A stretch of DNA of 63,845 bases, filler included, from Rhizaria sp. SCN 62-66 (GCA_001724265.1; 3 parts of 3 records of this genome joined end to end with filler, not necessarily neighbours in it), one strand, 5' to 3'; positions 46,042 to 57,464 are shown, counted from the first letter of the whole stretch. Numbers and translations are program-made. Notes: generated by a model not told the origin, from the sequence alone.

Positions 46042-49000
46042 ATGTCGTCCGACGCGCCCGCCGACGCGGGCCCCGCGCCCGAGGTGCCTGAGGCCACCAC
46101 CGCCACTGCCACCGCCGCGGCGGGCACCGACGCCTCCGCTGATGCCGCCGCGCTGACGGACAAGGAGCTGCGCCGCAAACAGAAGGTTGAGGAGCAGACC
46201 AACAAGGTGCGTCGCAAGGCGCTCGAGGAGGCCCGCCAGAAAGCCAGCTCGCGCAAGACCGAGGCCGCGCATGAGGCCGAGGATGATACCACCGCCGCCG
46301 AGATGACAGAGGAGCAGAAAACCCTCCTGGCAAAGCTTAAGGAGCTCCCCAAGACGGGCCGTCTGCCCGACTCGCTGCCCGCGCCCGTCGACGGGCTCCC
46401 GCGCCGGTTGACGCAGCTCGAGCTCGACCTCGCGCGCCGTCTCGCTGACGGGAAGGGCGACGACGCGCTCCACGCACTCTACAAGCGGTTCGCTGACGAC
46501 CGCACGCAGGCCGAAGATGAGATCGCGAAGCTGCGCACGGCGAGCGTCGAGGCATGGCGCGGCAAGGCGTTCAAAGGCAAGACTGGCGCCGACCTCGAAG
46601 CGCGCATGGCCAAGCAGGAAGGCAAGGCGCGTAAGCTGCTAAAGACGGTGCAGAAGCAGTTTATCGTGCTGAGCAAGGCCGCGACGGCGACGCTGCAGAA
46701 CCTGGAGCAGGCGGACGAGTTCGTCAAAATCGGCATGTTCCAGCTCGACAAGGGCGACGACGCCAACAAGGACACGTTCTTGCACTGCGCCGCGCGCGAT
46801 GGTGAGGCCGAGATCGCGGCCTGGCTGCTGAACCGCGGCGCTAGCCCCAACGCGACCAACGACCAGGGAGACACGCCCGCGCATCTCGCCATCACCGCCG
46901 TCGCCGCCGGAGACAAGCCGGGCGCGTGGGCCACGCTCTGGCACCTTATCGAGCGCGGCGCCGACCTGACCATCCGCAACCTCGCCGGCAAGACGGTCGC
47001 CGACGTTGCGCAGGAGCAGGGCCCGCCCATCGAGGTCTGGGCCATGGCGAACCTTATCGCGCTGGCGCACGCCGCGCTCGAGTCCGTGGCGGACCAGCTG
47101 CCGTTCCCTCTGCCCGGCAAGGCGGAGAAGCCGACCGCTGTGCTGATGCCCGCGCTGCCCAAAACCGAGGTTCAGCGCCTCGGCCTTAAGGACTGGAAGG
47201 CGCGACAGATTCTTGAGGCCAACCAGCGCCGCGAGGAAGAGGCCGCGCGCGCCGCCGCGGAGGAAGAGTCCGCTCGCAAGGCCGCCGAGGAGGCTGAGGA
47301 GCGCCGCAAGGAGCTGCTGCAGCTCAAGAAGGCGTCCAAGATCCTGCAAAAGAACCTCGAAGAGCTGTTCCAGAACATTCCGCGCGAGTCCTCTGCGCGC
47401 GCGATCGTCGAGCTGCTGTGCGCGCCACCGCATCTGCGCACAATCCGCGAGAAACTCATCGACGTCTCGTCGCCGCCTGCCGCCGAGGCCGCGGGGCGCA
47501 AATGCACGCCGCTGCACTTGGCCGTGCTGCACTTCAAGCCGATGCTTGCCGAGGCGCTGTTGGCCGCCGAGGCCGACGCGACGGCTGTGGACGCGTCGCA
47601 GGCCACGGCGCTGCACTTTGCCGCGAGACAACTCGCCGACGCACATGCGGGCATCGGGCTCGCCGCGCCGGCCGCGGCCCCCGCAGACGACGATGCCGCC
47701 GCCGAGGCCGAGGGCGAGGGCGACGACAAGAAGGCCGCCAAGGACGAGGAGGAAGACACGGCGATCGCGTTCAAGCTCACCGTGCCGGCCGCGCAGGAGC
47801 TCATGGTGAAGCTGCTCGAAGCGGGCGCGCCGCGCGACGCGCGCGACTCCGAGGGCCGCACCGCCGCCGACCTGCTGCCGACCGACGAACTCAAGGCCTG
47901 GCTGACAGGCGTGCAGGTCCGCACGGAGCTTTTCGACGAGGGCCGCAAGAACCGCATCCTGTCCGGTCTGCTGCAACTGCTCGAGGCCACGCGGTCCGCC
48001 GAGGAGCAGCAGCGCGCGGCCGAGGCGCAGGCGCGGGTCGACGCCAAGCGCCGCGCTGTGGAGCTGCGCAAGCAGCGCGCGCTCGAGGAAGCGAAGCGCA
48101 AGCAGGAGGAAGAGATGACGGCGGCGCTGCTGGTTGCGGCCGAGGCGCAGCGCAGGATGGAGGAGATCGAGAAGGAGCGTGAGGCGGCCGATCTCGCGCG
48201 CAAAGAGAAGGACCGCAAGTTCGAGGAAGATATGGCCGAGGCGCGCAGGGTTGAAGAGGAACAGCGCAAGCGCGAGGAGGAAGAGAAGGCGCTCGCCGAT
48301 GCCCAGCTTGCGGCGAGGCTCGAGCAGGGCAAGATCTCCCAAGAGCAGAAAGCTGTTGCGGAAGCGCAAGCGAATCAGAGGCGGCTCGAGGCTGAGGTCG
48401 CCGCGGAGGCCGCTCGCGCTGATGCAGCGCTCAAAGCGAAGCTCGAAGCTGCTGCCCGCGGAGGCCGCTGGCCAATCAGCGGGCCCGAGACGCCTGAGCA
48501 GGCGCGTCAGCGCACGAAGATCGAGGGTGAGGAAGCCGCCGAGGATTTGGAGATCGCCAAGATGTATGACGGCTCGTTCGATAGTATCTTCACGTCGCTC
48601 GATCTCACTGCCTCGCACCCGACCAAGGACCAGGTCGACGCCCTCAACGTGCACTTGACGGACTTCACCAAGCGGCAGATGCTCAAGCTCGGCCACGAGC
48701 TTAAGTATTTCCGCAAGGGCGTCATCGGCCTTGCTGTGGGCGCCTACGACGCGTTGCAGAGCTACGAAACGCTCTGGGAGCAGGTCAAGTCGCTCGACGA
48801 GCTCATCGACGCCTCGATCGGTGAGACCAAGACGTACAAGAAGGCCATGTCACAGACTGGCTTTTACACAGCGCGTATCACGCGTGAGGCACAGCGCCGT
48901 ATTCAGGTGCTTGCGGTGAACCAAAACATCTACGAGGACCTGATGAACAAGATCGTCAACGACCCCGCGGCGAAGAAGAAGCTCATGGCCGATGCTAAGG

Positions 49001-51012
49001 CCGCGGGCGACCTGGGCCGCTTCAACAAGTTCTGGTCCAAGCTGCCCGACATGGCAAAGAACCGCGCTCTTGCCGAGGAGGCTGAGATCGACGACCTGTT
49101 TGATCCCGTGCTGAGCGAGGCCGCGGGTGGCGCGCTTTTGTCGACCCTGTTGGGCATCATCAGCACGCCGTTGCGCGAGATGGATGCCGCGATGTCGAAG
49201 CTGAGCGAGGACGCGCAAGACGAGCTCCCGCTCGATCTCAACCTCGCTGACCGACTTGAGCAGCCCTCGGCGCGCGAGTGGGGCACGCTCGGCTACGCCA
49301 AACGGCAGATGAACTTCACCGACGGGCTCGTGCGCGATCTGCGCGCGCAGAAGATGGAGCTGGAGAAGCACCTCGCTGGCGAAGGATTGCCCGACGCGAG
49401 CCGGAAGAAGTTCGAGGCGATGCTTGACGAGATCAAGGGTCAGCTGCAGCCGCTCGACACGCAGCACAACATGTACGAGGCCATTATCCAGGCGATCAAT
49501 GACCACCAGAAGGAGCAGTTCCAGCACATGACGCCCAACGAGCAGCTCATGTTCGAGCGCAAGCGTGCTAAGGAGGAGGCCAAGCTGGACGAGTACTTCC
49601 GCAAGCAGGCCGAGGACGCACAAAACGCGCTCGACGCTAAGGGCAAGGTTCCCAATAAGACCGACTCGTTGATTGACAAGGTTCTGCGCGACCACAAGGA
49701 CGACTGGACTGAGAAGGTGACCGACACCAAGACGCTGCTCAAGCCCGTGACGGATGACCTCATCGACGACTTTGGCGGCGACCTCGATATTAACTGGATG
49801 ACGAACCGGTTCGGCGATCTCTCTGGCATCGATCATGATATCATCGAAGATCTCAAACTGCTCACGGAGACTCAGGCCGCGCACTACTTGGCAATTAAGA
49901 TGGCCGAGAACGAAGCCGATGCGACGTTTGCGCGCTTGCTCGAGGCCAAGGCAGCACAAGCTGCGCTCACAGTCCCCGAGCAGATGCGTCTCGCTGACTA
50001 CTCCGCCTTCCTGGACCGGCGCTACCCGATGTACGACCGGCTGTACCACGTTCTCGAGAGCGGGCCACAGGGTGAGGCCAAGTACGTGCAGTTCGCCACG
50101 CTCGACGTTGAGCGTGAGCGCACGCAGGACTTGTTCCTCGCCAAGCGTATCCAGGACGCCAAGATCGACATGCTTGACTGGCGCGATGTCCGCGAGCAGT
50201 GCGCCGCCGACACTTTCTGCGCCGCGATGGCCAAGCTCGGCGGCATGACCCGCCCCTCGCTGGCCGTGGGCGCAGACGGTGTGGTCACCGACGACGGCAT
50301 TGAGCTGAGCGAGGATGTGCTCTCGCAGCTGCACCGCAACCTGCACGCGCAGTGCTGTGTGTCGCAAGACGTGGTGTACATGATCATTAACACCGTCGCT
50401 GACGGCAAGGTGACGCGCAAGAACCTCGTCAAGTCGCTGCACGCGCTCCATGTGGCATGCACGCGCGATACGAACGTGTACTGGGATTCGCAGGTGATGT
50501 TTCCCACCACCGGCGCGTTCGGCATCTTCACGCGCGATCAGGCAGAGCTCGTCTTCGGCTTCAACGACCACGACGTCGGCACGGCCTACTACGACAAGTT
50601 CATCAAAGCGCTGCAGATGGCAACCGAGAAGGCCGAGCGCGCCGAGCAGGCCGCCGGCATCGTGCCGTTCCCGGCGGACATCTTCTCGCGCCGCGCGCTG
50701 GGGCTTGGTCACGGCACGTCGGGCGCCGAGTTCTACGGCGCTGGCGAGGTCAACGAGCACGCCATGACTCCCGGTGTGTCGGTGCTGCCCGTGGACCGCC
50801 TCGCGCTGGCGCCTGGGAAGGACCTCTTCATCTCGGCCGAGGAGCTCGTCGGCTCCAAGAAGAAGGACGCTGTGGTGGATGAGGACGGCAACGTACTCAA
50901 GCCGGGCGCCGAGCGCGCCGCGCGCATCCGTGTCGGGTACTGGGACATGCGTCATCACCTGGTCGCCGCGCCAGACGTCCACCTCTACAGCCCGACGGGG
51001 TGGTCGTATTGA
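46042..51012 (+). CDS. Ankyrin-repeat and coiled-coil protein (1656 aa)
   Basis: Ankyrin units DTFLHCAARDGEAEIAAWLLNRGASPNATNDQGDTPAHLA and TPLHLAVLHF..ALHFAAR, with long E/K/R/A coiled-coil segments. Intronless, ends in TGA. Confidence 0.88.
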   Translation: MSSDAPADAGPAPEVPEATTATATAAAGTDASADAAALTDKELRRKQKVEEQTNKVRRKALEEARQKASSRKTEAAHEAEDDTTAAEMTEEQKTLLAKLKELPKTGRLPDSLPAPVDGLPRRLTQLELDLARRLADGKGDDALHALYKRFADDRTQAEDEIAKLRTASVEAWRGKAFKGKTGADLEARMAKQEGKARKLLKTVQKQFIVLSKAATATLQNLEQADEFVKIGMFQLDKGDDANKDTFLHCAARDGEAEIAAWLLNRGASPNATNDQGDTPAHLAITAVAAGDKPGAWATLWHLIERGADLTIRNLAGKTVADVAQEQGPPIEVWAMANLIALAHAALESVADQLPFPLPGKAEKPTAVLMPALPKTEVQRLGLKDWKARQILEANQRREEEAARAAAEEESARKAAEEAEERRKELLQLKKASKILQKNLEELFQNIPRESSARAIVELLCAPPHLRTIREKLIDVSSPPAAEAAGRKCTPLHLAVLHFKPMLAEALLAAEADATAVDASQATALHFAARQLADAHAGIGLAAPAAAPADDDAAAEAEGEGDDKKAAKDEEEDTAIAFKLTVPAAQELMVKLLEAGAPRDARDSEGRTAADLLPTDELKAWLTGVQVRTELFDEGRKNRILSGLLQLLEATRSAEEQQRAAEAQARVDAKRRAVELRKQRALEEAKRKQEEEMTAALLVAAEAQRRMEEIEKEREAADLARKEKDRKFEEDMAEARRVEEEQRKREEEEKALADAQLAARLEQGKISQEQKAVAEAQANQRRLEAEVAAEAARADAALKAKLEAAARGGRWPISGPETPEQARQRTKIEGEEAAEDLEIAKMYDGSFDSIFTSLDLTASHPTKDQVDALNVHLTDFTKRQMLKLGHELKYFRKGVIGLAVGAYDALQSYETLWEQVKSLDELIDASIGETKTYKKAMSQTGFYTARITREAQRRIQVLAVNQNIYEDLMNKIVNDPAAKKKLMADAKAAGDLGRFNKFWSKLPDMAKNRALAEEAEIDDLFDPVLSEAAGGALLSTLLGIISTPLREMDAAMSKLSEDAQDELPLDLNLADRLEQPSAREWGTLGYAKRQMNFTDGLVRDLRAQKMELEKHLAGEGLPDASRKKFEAMLDEIKGQLQPLDTQHNMYEAIIQAINDHQKEQFQHMTPNEQLMFERKRAKEEAKLDEYFRKQAEDAQNALDAKGKVPNKTDSLIDKVLRDHKDDWTEKVTDTKTLLKPVTDDLIDDFGGDLDINWMTNRFGDLSGIDHDIIEDLKLLTETQAAHYLAIKMAENEADATFARLLEAKAAQAALTVPEQMRLADYSAFLDRRYPMYDRLYHVLESGPQGEAKYVQFATLDVERERTQDLFLAKRIQDAKIDMLDWRDVREQCAADTFCAAMAKLGGMTRPSLAVGADGVVTDDGIELSEDVLSQLHRNLHAQCCVSQDVVYMIINTVADGKVTRKNLVKSLHALHVACTRDTNVYWDSQVMFPTTGAFGIFTRDQAELVFGFNDHDVGTAYYDKFIKALQMATEKAERAEQAAGIVPFPADIFSRRALGLGHGTSGAEFYGAGEVNEHAMTPGVSVLPVDRLALAPGKDLFISAEELVGSKKKDAVVDEDGNVLKPGAERAARIRVGYWDMRHHLVAAPDVHLYSPTGWSY

Positions 51013-51201
51013 GCGGAACTGAACAACAACGCTCATGGGAGTGCCGATATGTGTTTTATTGACCATTGCTAAAGTATATGTATAATAGATTGTAATCTAA
51101 TCATGCAGAGAATGGAGCGATTGAGTTGTGATCCGTATTCGCTGTAGAAGCGGGACGACGATGAACAGGGCCAGTCGTAGTTGTGAATACCTCTAATAAT
51201 A

Positions 51202-51233
51202 ATAACCCCTATGTAGCGTCAACTAAAAAACGC
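51202..51233 (+). mobile_element. Terminal inverted repeat of a DNA transposon at the right end of contig 2
   Basis: ATAACCCCTATGTAGCGTCAACTAAAAAACGC is the exact inverted copy of 31228-31259 and lies 63 bp from the contig break. Confidence 0.7.
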
Positions 51234-51296
51234 CAAAAACGCAGTTTTCGGCAGGTAACTTCCACAATAGAAATCTCTGTGAAATAATCGTCAAAG

Positions 51297-51396
51297 NNNN
51301 NNNNNNNNNNNNNNNNNNNNNNNNNNNNNNNNNNNNNNNNTTAATTAATTAANNNNNNNNNNNNNNNNNNNNNNNNNNNNNNNNNNNNNNNNNNNN
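51297..51396. other. Artificial contig linker
   Basis: 44 N + TTAATTAATTAA + 44 N. Confidence 0.97.
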
Positions 51397-51884
51397 GGTG
51401 AGGCACTGGGAGCCCTGAACGTCGTCAACCTTGAGCTTGAACTTGCGGAAGTCCTCGCCCTTGGGGTTGAGGTCGCCGAGGTTGGACTCGACGACACGGC
51501 CAAGGAGCGACTCGCGGGAAGTGCGCTGGCCGATGGTCTTGGTGGCAGGGGTGATGCCAACGACGCGCTTGACAAAGTAGTTGGGGGCCTTGATGGTGAA
51601 CCACTCCTTGCGGGTGAAGGGGTCGACGCTGTGAGCGAGAGCGAGAGAAAACAAGTGGGTAAATGAGGAGTGAGCTAAGGCTTGTATAGTGAACGCGCCG
51701 GGTTATAGGAGCGAGAGAGGAGAGAGGGAGATTGAGCGGGCTGAAGTATGCTGCGCAGCGGCAGATACAGCGTCCCCCAGGGAGGGGAGAGTCCATGCGG
51801 AGGGTGGAATGGAACGTACATCTTCTTGTTGCCCTTCTTGCCCTTCTTGTTAGCGCCAGCGCCAGCCTTCTTGTCGATAGCCAT
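51397..51884 (-). CDS. RPS3A: 40S ribosomal protein S3a (eS1), 5' part, truncated at contig end
   Basis: Exons 51884-51820 and 51628->51397 give [31 protein letters not shown]...LLGRVVESNLGDL..EDFRKFKLKVDDVQGSQCLT. Confidence 0.95.
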
Positions 51885-52550
51885 GGTACTGCGGGGGAAG
51901 AGAAGCGGAGGGGAAAGGGGGAAAAATGAAGGGAAGTGAGCGGGGAAAGGCACAGGGAGCGCAGGGCGAGCAGAGCGGGCGTCACAGAAGAGGTCTGCAG
52001 AGAGTGCGACCAGGAGCTCGGCCTGGTCCGTGAGGCAAGGCTATTCGCAGCCTATTACCGGGAGCGGAGGACACGTCTATTCGTCACAGCCGTCAATCAC
52101 AGCATTAAATAAAACATATCCAATACCATCATACAACTCAGACGGCATACATTCAAAGCTCAGCGAGAAAAGCGCCCTGCAAAAAATTCGTCAGTGGTTG
52201 CGGCACTGGGGAAAAAGTTAAGCCGTGCGTCTGCCCGCTTGGTTCGCAAAAAAAGGATTGCTTTCTGTCTTTGTGATCTTGTGGACAACCCATCAAAGCA
52301 TGCGTTTCTACGTTCATCTGTTCGTCATTGCGCATCTAATTGAAGAATGCTTCTAACCATTGCCTTTTCTTTGCCTCGTTTTATTCCTTTGCTAAAGCAC
52401 GAACAGTTTAGCGTACTGCAGCTTGAAGTTTGTTCGAACTGGGTGACACGTCCTGCTGACCGATCTTCGCCTGTTCGAGTGCTGCCCGGACTCTACCCAC
52501 ACATTTTCCTCTTTTAAAGCCGTGCAGCACGGTTTTTGCATTGGTAAATA

Positions 52551-55500
52551 ATGTCCACCCCGGCGCACACCGACGCACTGGACGAATCACCCGTGCTGGG
52601 GCCTCAGATCCCTGGCACGTCGCTTCCCATCGATTCCCAGCCCGCTCGCGCCGGCCCCTCTACCACAGCTGCCACTGCCGCCTCGTCTTCTTCTTCCGCA
52701 TTCTCCCGTGACCGGCAGTCTCAGCGCTGGCGTCTCAATGCGGACGACGGCGACGATGACGTGAACGAGGCCGCCATTGCCGCAGCAGCGCGCTCGTCGT
52801 ACTCGGCGGCCAATACGACCACAAATGGCTTTATCGGCGATGACAACGACGATGTCGACGTTTACAGCGCAGGTCGCTATCCCACATCCTCGTTTGCTGC
52901 CCCCAGCGCGCTCGACGACTCCACAGCAGCGCCACACAATGCTGACGTTGACAACTACTCCCACAAAGCTGGTGGTGCTGCTGGTGCTGCAAATCTCAAC
53001 GGTGCTGCAGCGCCCACCCGAGTCTCGCTTGCGTCGCGCTTCGCTTCGGCGTACGCTGCCACTGCGCCAATCGAGTCCTCTGGTCTGACTCCGGACCCGT
53101 CCCCGGCCCCGCGCCGCACTGCGTCTCGCGCCAACGAAGCTAACTCGACCGCGAACGCAAGCCCTCAAGCGTCCTCGTCCTTGGCGTCGTCGTCTTCAAC
53201 AACAACGGGAGCAGCCCTCGCGCGCGCCCCCGGCGGCGGCATCAGCGGCGGCGGGCGCCCCGGGCCGCGTCTGGCGCGCGCGCACAGCAGTGCGGGCGTG
53301 GGCAGCGTGCTCTCGGTGGGTCCCGGTCACGCGCTTCCCGCCGACACTCTCACACTGCTCTCAGGCGTCGGCTTCGCGGCCTCGGACTCGGACAGCAACC
53401 CGCACGCGCTACCCGCCGACGGCGACGCCGCACGCGCGCGCGCGCTGCGCTCGCTGCTCGCCATGTCGCGCCTGCTCTGCTGCTACGCAGTGCCCAAGCG
53501 CCTCCGCACTGAGGCCGACGCGGCTTCGGCGGCGGCGCTCGCGGCCGCGGCCGACAGCGGCAAAGACGGGCTGGGCGGCGCCGGCCACAGGGACACGGAG
53601 ACTGGCGACGCGGGCTACGACGACGAGGACGGGGACGGACCTGCGACTGTCGCGGCTGCGCAGTATGCGAACAACAAGCACGCAAACTCTACTAAGACAG
53701 TCACTGGCAGTCTCAGCCGCGCTGCTTTCGGCGCGAGCAGCCCCGCCCGCAGCAATCGGTACCATAACGTTGCTGGCGGTTTCGCCACCAACGACTTTGG
53801 CAACGACGGAGGCGACTATGACGACGGCGACGACAATGGGAACAACGACGACGCCGAGTACCTGAACGACTACGACGAAAGTGACGACACGGGATATGCC
53901 ACGGACATCACCAACAACAAGAGTTGCTGCATCGGCACGCGCAGCCCGCACTCGCACTGTCAGAACCCGCTGGTTCTGACCGCATTCGTGCTTATTTGCG
54001 TCATCATACCGTTCTTCCAGGCACTGCTCCAGCACACTTCGCTCAACCTGGTGCTTTTCTCCGTCTTCTTCGCGGGCTGCCCCGCTATCGCGATGTTGCT
54101 GCTGTGGGCGCGCGACCCCCGCGCGGCTGTGCTGACGGCCTACCCGGCCGCCATCCTGCTGCTCTTCATGGCTGGCGTACTGCCCGTGCTCTTCTCCGCC
54201 CAGGGCGGGCTCGTGCTGCTGCTGATCGCGCTCGCGGCCGCCGTGCTGCTGGGGCTCTACGCGACGACGCAGCTGCGCCACGTCGAGTCCACGCTTGCGC
54301 TGGTGACACTGGCGACAGAGATCCTGCGCGCCAACAGAGTGCTGTTTTTCGTCGCGCCTCTGTGCACGCTACCGCTGCTGGGCATGTTCTACCTCCACGG
54401 CGACGTGTTGTTCGACACCCGCTCGCTCGCCATCCCTGTGCTGCCGCTCACGACACTGCTGGCGACTTACTGGACCGCGCAGGTCTCGCGCTACGTGCTG
54501 CACTCGGTCACGGCGGGCGTCGTCACGAGCTGGTACTACACGCAGGCTCGCCGCGCCGGCGCGCAGACCGGGCTGGGCGTCGGCATCTCCGCGCTGCATC
54601 TCACCAGCTCCCACACCGCGCCCGTCGGGGCCGGGCTCTTTGCCTCGGCCGCCGGGCTTGGCCACGGCGACGCGGCGGGGGCCCGCGGCGGCAGCGCGAG
54701 CGGGCTGGCGGGCGGCGCGTACGCCTACGACGACGACCTGTCCGACGGCGAGGAGTTCGACCAGCAGTATGACGGACAGCAGCAAGAGAGCAAGCAACGG
54801 CAACGGCAGCAGCGCAAGGGGATGAACTTGGGCAACGACGATAACGACGATGACGAAGTTGTCTTCAGCGCTTCTGCCAACGCGAAGCCCAACGTCAATG
54901 CCAATGACAACAGTGTGGTCTCTGCTAGCACCCCTAACAGCCGCCTCGCAGCCGCCGCCAAGCGCAACGCCGCAGCTGACCCTGGCGAGTCGCTCGACTC
55001 TATCATCCACTATCGGTCTTCGGCCTCTGCCGCTGCCTACGCGCTCGCGGCCCCTGACTCGCACCAGCTGCAGGCCCACCGCCAGAGCCAGTATCCGCCG
55101 CCACAGCAGCAGCAGCAGCAGCAGGAGCAGGTCGTGGTGCAGGCGTCGTCGGCGGCGGCTGGGATGCTTCAGAGCGGTTACTGGCGGCCCCAGCTGCTGG
55201 CCTTCGCATCCCGCGCCACTCAGTCGCGGCTGCCGCTGATCCTGCTGGCGCGCTGCGTCACGCTCAGCCTGGGCCCCATCGCACTGGGCGCTTTCTTTGT
55301 CGGGCCTGTGCGCTGGTTCTGGCTCGGCGCGCGCCGGCTCGCGCGCACGCGCCGCTTCGGCGGCTCACGCTTCGCGCGCGGCCTGCTCTCGGTCTGTGAG
55401 CTGCTGCAGAGCCGGTTCAACAAGTACGCCTTCCGCCACATGATCGTCTACGGGACCGACTTTGCGACGTCCTCGGCCGTCACCTACGCCAACTTCCGCG

Positions 55501-55850
55501 CGCGCGGCGCCGCGGCCATCGTAGAGGCGGACCGTGTCGAGGGCTTCGTGGCCTGCGCCTCGGTATCCGCGGGCGCGCTGACGCTGCTGCTGGCCGCGCT
55601 GCCGCTGCAGTGGCGCGTGGTGAACCCCGCACTCTGGGTCTTCGCCGTCGCCTCCGTTGCCGCGTCCGTAGTCATGGAGCTCGTCGAGGCAGTGTGCACC
55701 ACCCTCTACGCCTGCTTCGGCGAGTGCCCCGGCGTGCTCCGCGAGACGCATCCCGTCGTCTTCGCGCGCCTCGTCCGCATTGTCGAGTTTGCTATGATGC
55801 AAGACATGGCCACGGCGGGCGCGGGTGGCAACGCGCGCAGCGGCTTCTGA
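52551..55850 (+). CDS. Choline transporter-like (CTL/SLC44/PNS1) membrane protein
   Basis: Multiple TM segments with family motifs WTAQVSRYVLHSVTAGVVTSWYY, SLGPIALGAFFV, FNKYAFRHMIVYGTDF and VCTTLYACFGECP. Long low-complexity N-terminus and loop. Ends in TGA. Confidence 0.85.
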   Translation: MSTPAHTDALDESPVLGPQIPGTSLPIDSQPARAGPSTTAATAASSSSSAFSRDRQSQRWRLNADDGDDDVNEAAIAAAARSSYSAANTTTNGFIGDDNDDVDVYSAGRYPTSSFAAPSALDDSTAAPHNADVDNYSHKAGGAAGAANLNGAAAPTRVSLASRFASAYAATAPIESSGLTPDPSPAPRRTASRANEANSTANASPQASSSLASSSSTTTGAALARAPGGGISGGGRPGPRLARAHSSAGVGSVLSVGPGHALPADTLTLLSGVGFAASDSDSNPHALPADGDAARARALRSLLAMSRLLCCYAVPKRLRTEADAASAAALAAAADSGKDGLGGAGHRDTETGDAGYDDEDGDGPATVAAAQYANNKHANSTKTVTGSLSRAAFGASSPARSNRYHNVAGGFATNDFGNDGGDYDDGDDNGNNDDAEYLNDYDESDDTGYATDITNNKSCCIGTRSPHSHCQNPLVLTAFVLICVIIPFFQALLQHTSLNLVLFSVFFAGCPAIAMLLLWARDPRAAVLTAYPAAILLLFMAGVLPVLFSAQGGLVLLLIALAAAVLLGLYATTQLRHVESTLALVTLATEILRANRVLFFVAPLCTLPLLGMFYLHGDVLFDTRSLAIPVLPLTTLLATYWTAQVSRYVLHSVTAGVVTSWYYTQARRAGAQTGLGVGISALHLTSSHTAPVGAGLFASAAGLGHGDAAGARGGSASGLAGGAYAYDDDLSDGEEFDQQYDGQQQESKQRQRQQRKGMNLGNDDNDDDEVVFSASANAKPNVNANDNSVVSASTPNSRLAAAAKRNAAADPGESLDSIIHYRSSASAAAYALAAPDSHQLQAHRQSQYPPPQQQQQQQEQVVVQASSAAAGMLQSGYWRPQLLAFASRATQSRLPLILLARCVTLSLGPIALGAFFVGPVRWFWLGARRLARTRRFGGSRFARGLLSVCELLQSRFNKYAFRHMIVYGTDFATSSAVTYANFRARGAAAIVEADRVEGFVACASVSAGALTLLLAALPLQWRVVNPALWVFAVASVAASVVMELVEAVCTTLYACFGECPGVLRETHPVVFARLVRIVEFAMMQDMATAGAGGNARSGF

Positions 55851-56378
55851 GCAAAGAAAGAAGAAAAAAAAATATGACAGCCTGAACTACTCAGAAGCGC
55901 TGCAAAGAGTGCTTTGCTTGAAACTTTTTAGAATTGTTACCATGTTATTTAGTTATGCTATCGTTAGTTTTTATATGATCATTCAATATTACTGCTACGC
56001 ACTTCCTGTTGTCCTTTGCTATGGACAACCACAATACATTTGACTTACTTTCTAGCAATTGTGTGTTTCGTGTTTGCTTTGTAAGCTTTACGCGTCATGC
56101 CAAATTGCATTTATGTGTGTCATATCGTGTGTCATATCCCAAATAAGCAACCTACCTGCGCAATAAAAAGCCATTGACAGTCAGTATATTATAAGATCAC
56201 ATGTGTATAAATCAATGTTAGTGCCATTGCAGTGGCCATCATACGCTTCTTTCGCGCCATAAAGTGCCACTTGAAGCTTATCGTCATTTACCACTGCCAC
56301 GCATATAGATTCTACTGTTACCTTCACTGCTCATCAACCGTAGTTAGTTCATTCATCACCGTCTGTCCAGTGCTTCAT

Positions 56379-57464
56379 TCACTGCTTACGGGCCTTCTTG
56401 CTGGCGGCCCCGTCGACCTCGCCCTCGGCCTTGGTGCGGCCCTCGGCCGCGGCGGCGACGGCGACCTTCTTGCTGGCGTTGACCATGGTGCGCTTGAGCA
56501 CGCGGAGCGCGTCGCTGAAGACGGGCCCCAGGCGCGGCGTCAGCTCGGTGCGCCATTCGGCCAGCAGCGCGAACAGCCCCTCGAGCGACTCGGGCGGCGC
56601 CACCAGCCCGTCGTCGAAGATCGGCTTCGCCGTCGCCAGCCCACCCGACGCGGCCGCCGCGGCGGGGGCGGCCGAAGCTGCGGTCGGCGCCAGCGGGCCC
56701 GTGGCGCCGGCGCCAGAGGCCGCGGCGGCGCCAGAGGCCGCGGCGGCGGATTTGGTGACGGCGGCCGAGGGGGCGAACTTGACCGTGGCGGCCTGCCAGG
56801 ACGACTCAAGGCGGCGGAAAAATTCCTCCAGGTGCGTGCGCTCGTCCGTGCCGGCTTCGGGGAACTCCTCCACTGGGCATGCAAGAGTTGAATTACGCGT
56901 AACAAAGAGCGACATGAAAGTGAGTTTGTTATCAGTGCATGGCTCGGCGCATTATTTGAGAGCGTTGTCACAATAAAAATGTTGAAAATATATCATTTGT
57001 ACAACATCCATCATAAATACATAATATCATGAACTAGTGTGCAGAATTGATCGAGATATCGTGGGAAACGTACGCTCGGTGATGGCGCTGACGATGGGCT
57101 GCGTGATGTTGACTAGAACGGTGAGCGCCTGCGTGGCGTAGCCCAGCTTGGCGTACGACACAGCCTTGTCAACATAGGGGGAAACGAGCGCAAGGAAGGC
57201 CTCGAGCCCGGTCTCGTCGAGCGCGACCTGGGCTGACTCGATGCACTCGAGGATGGCGTCCTCGCCTAGCATCTTCGCAGCACGCTCCAGCTCGTCGAAG
57301 TTGCTCTCGTCCTTGAGGATCATGCGCACAACCAGGCGCTCCAGTTGGTCGCGCTCCAGCACAGACAGATACGCGTCAAGATCCACGCTATCGTTGGCGT
57401 CGGCGCCGGTGTCGGCGGCGTCCTCGGCGGACACGGAGGTGATGGGGTCCTTGGTGGGGTCCAT
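56379..57464 (-). CDS. Hypothetical helical protein
   Basis: Exons 57464-57074 and 56872-56379 splice in phase (GTACGT..CAG). Basic C-terminus KKARKQ. Ends in TGA. Confidence 0.75.

Noticed and set aside
46639-51066. Long antisense ORFs (685 and 738 aa) and many other shadow ORFs over GC-rich genes
   Set aside because: Expected by-product of high GC3 codon bias; no recognisable motifs.
51987-51992. CTCTTC 5'TOP/TCT-like motif upstream of RPS3A (also 286-281 upstream of RPL7)
   Set aside because: Plausible, but only 6 bp in pyrimidine-rich DNA; cannot be supported without TSS data.
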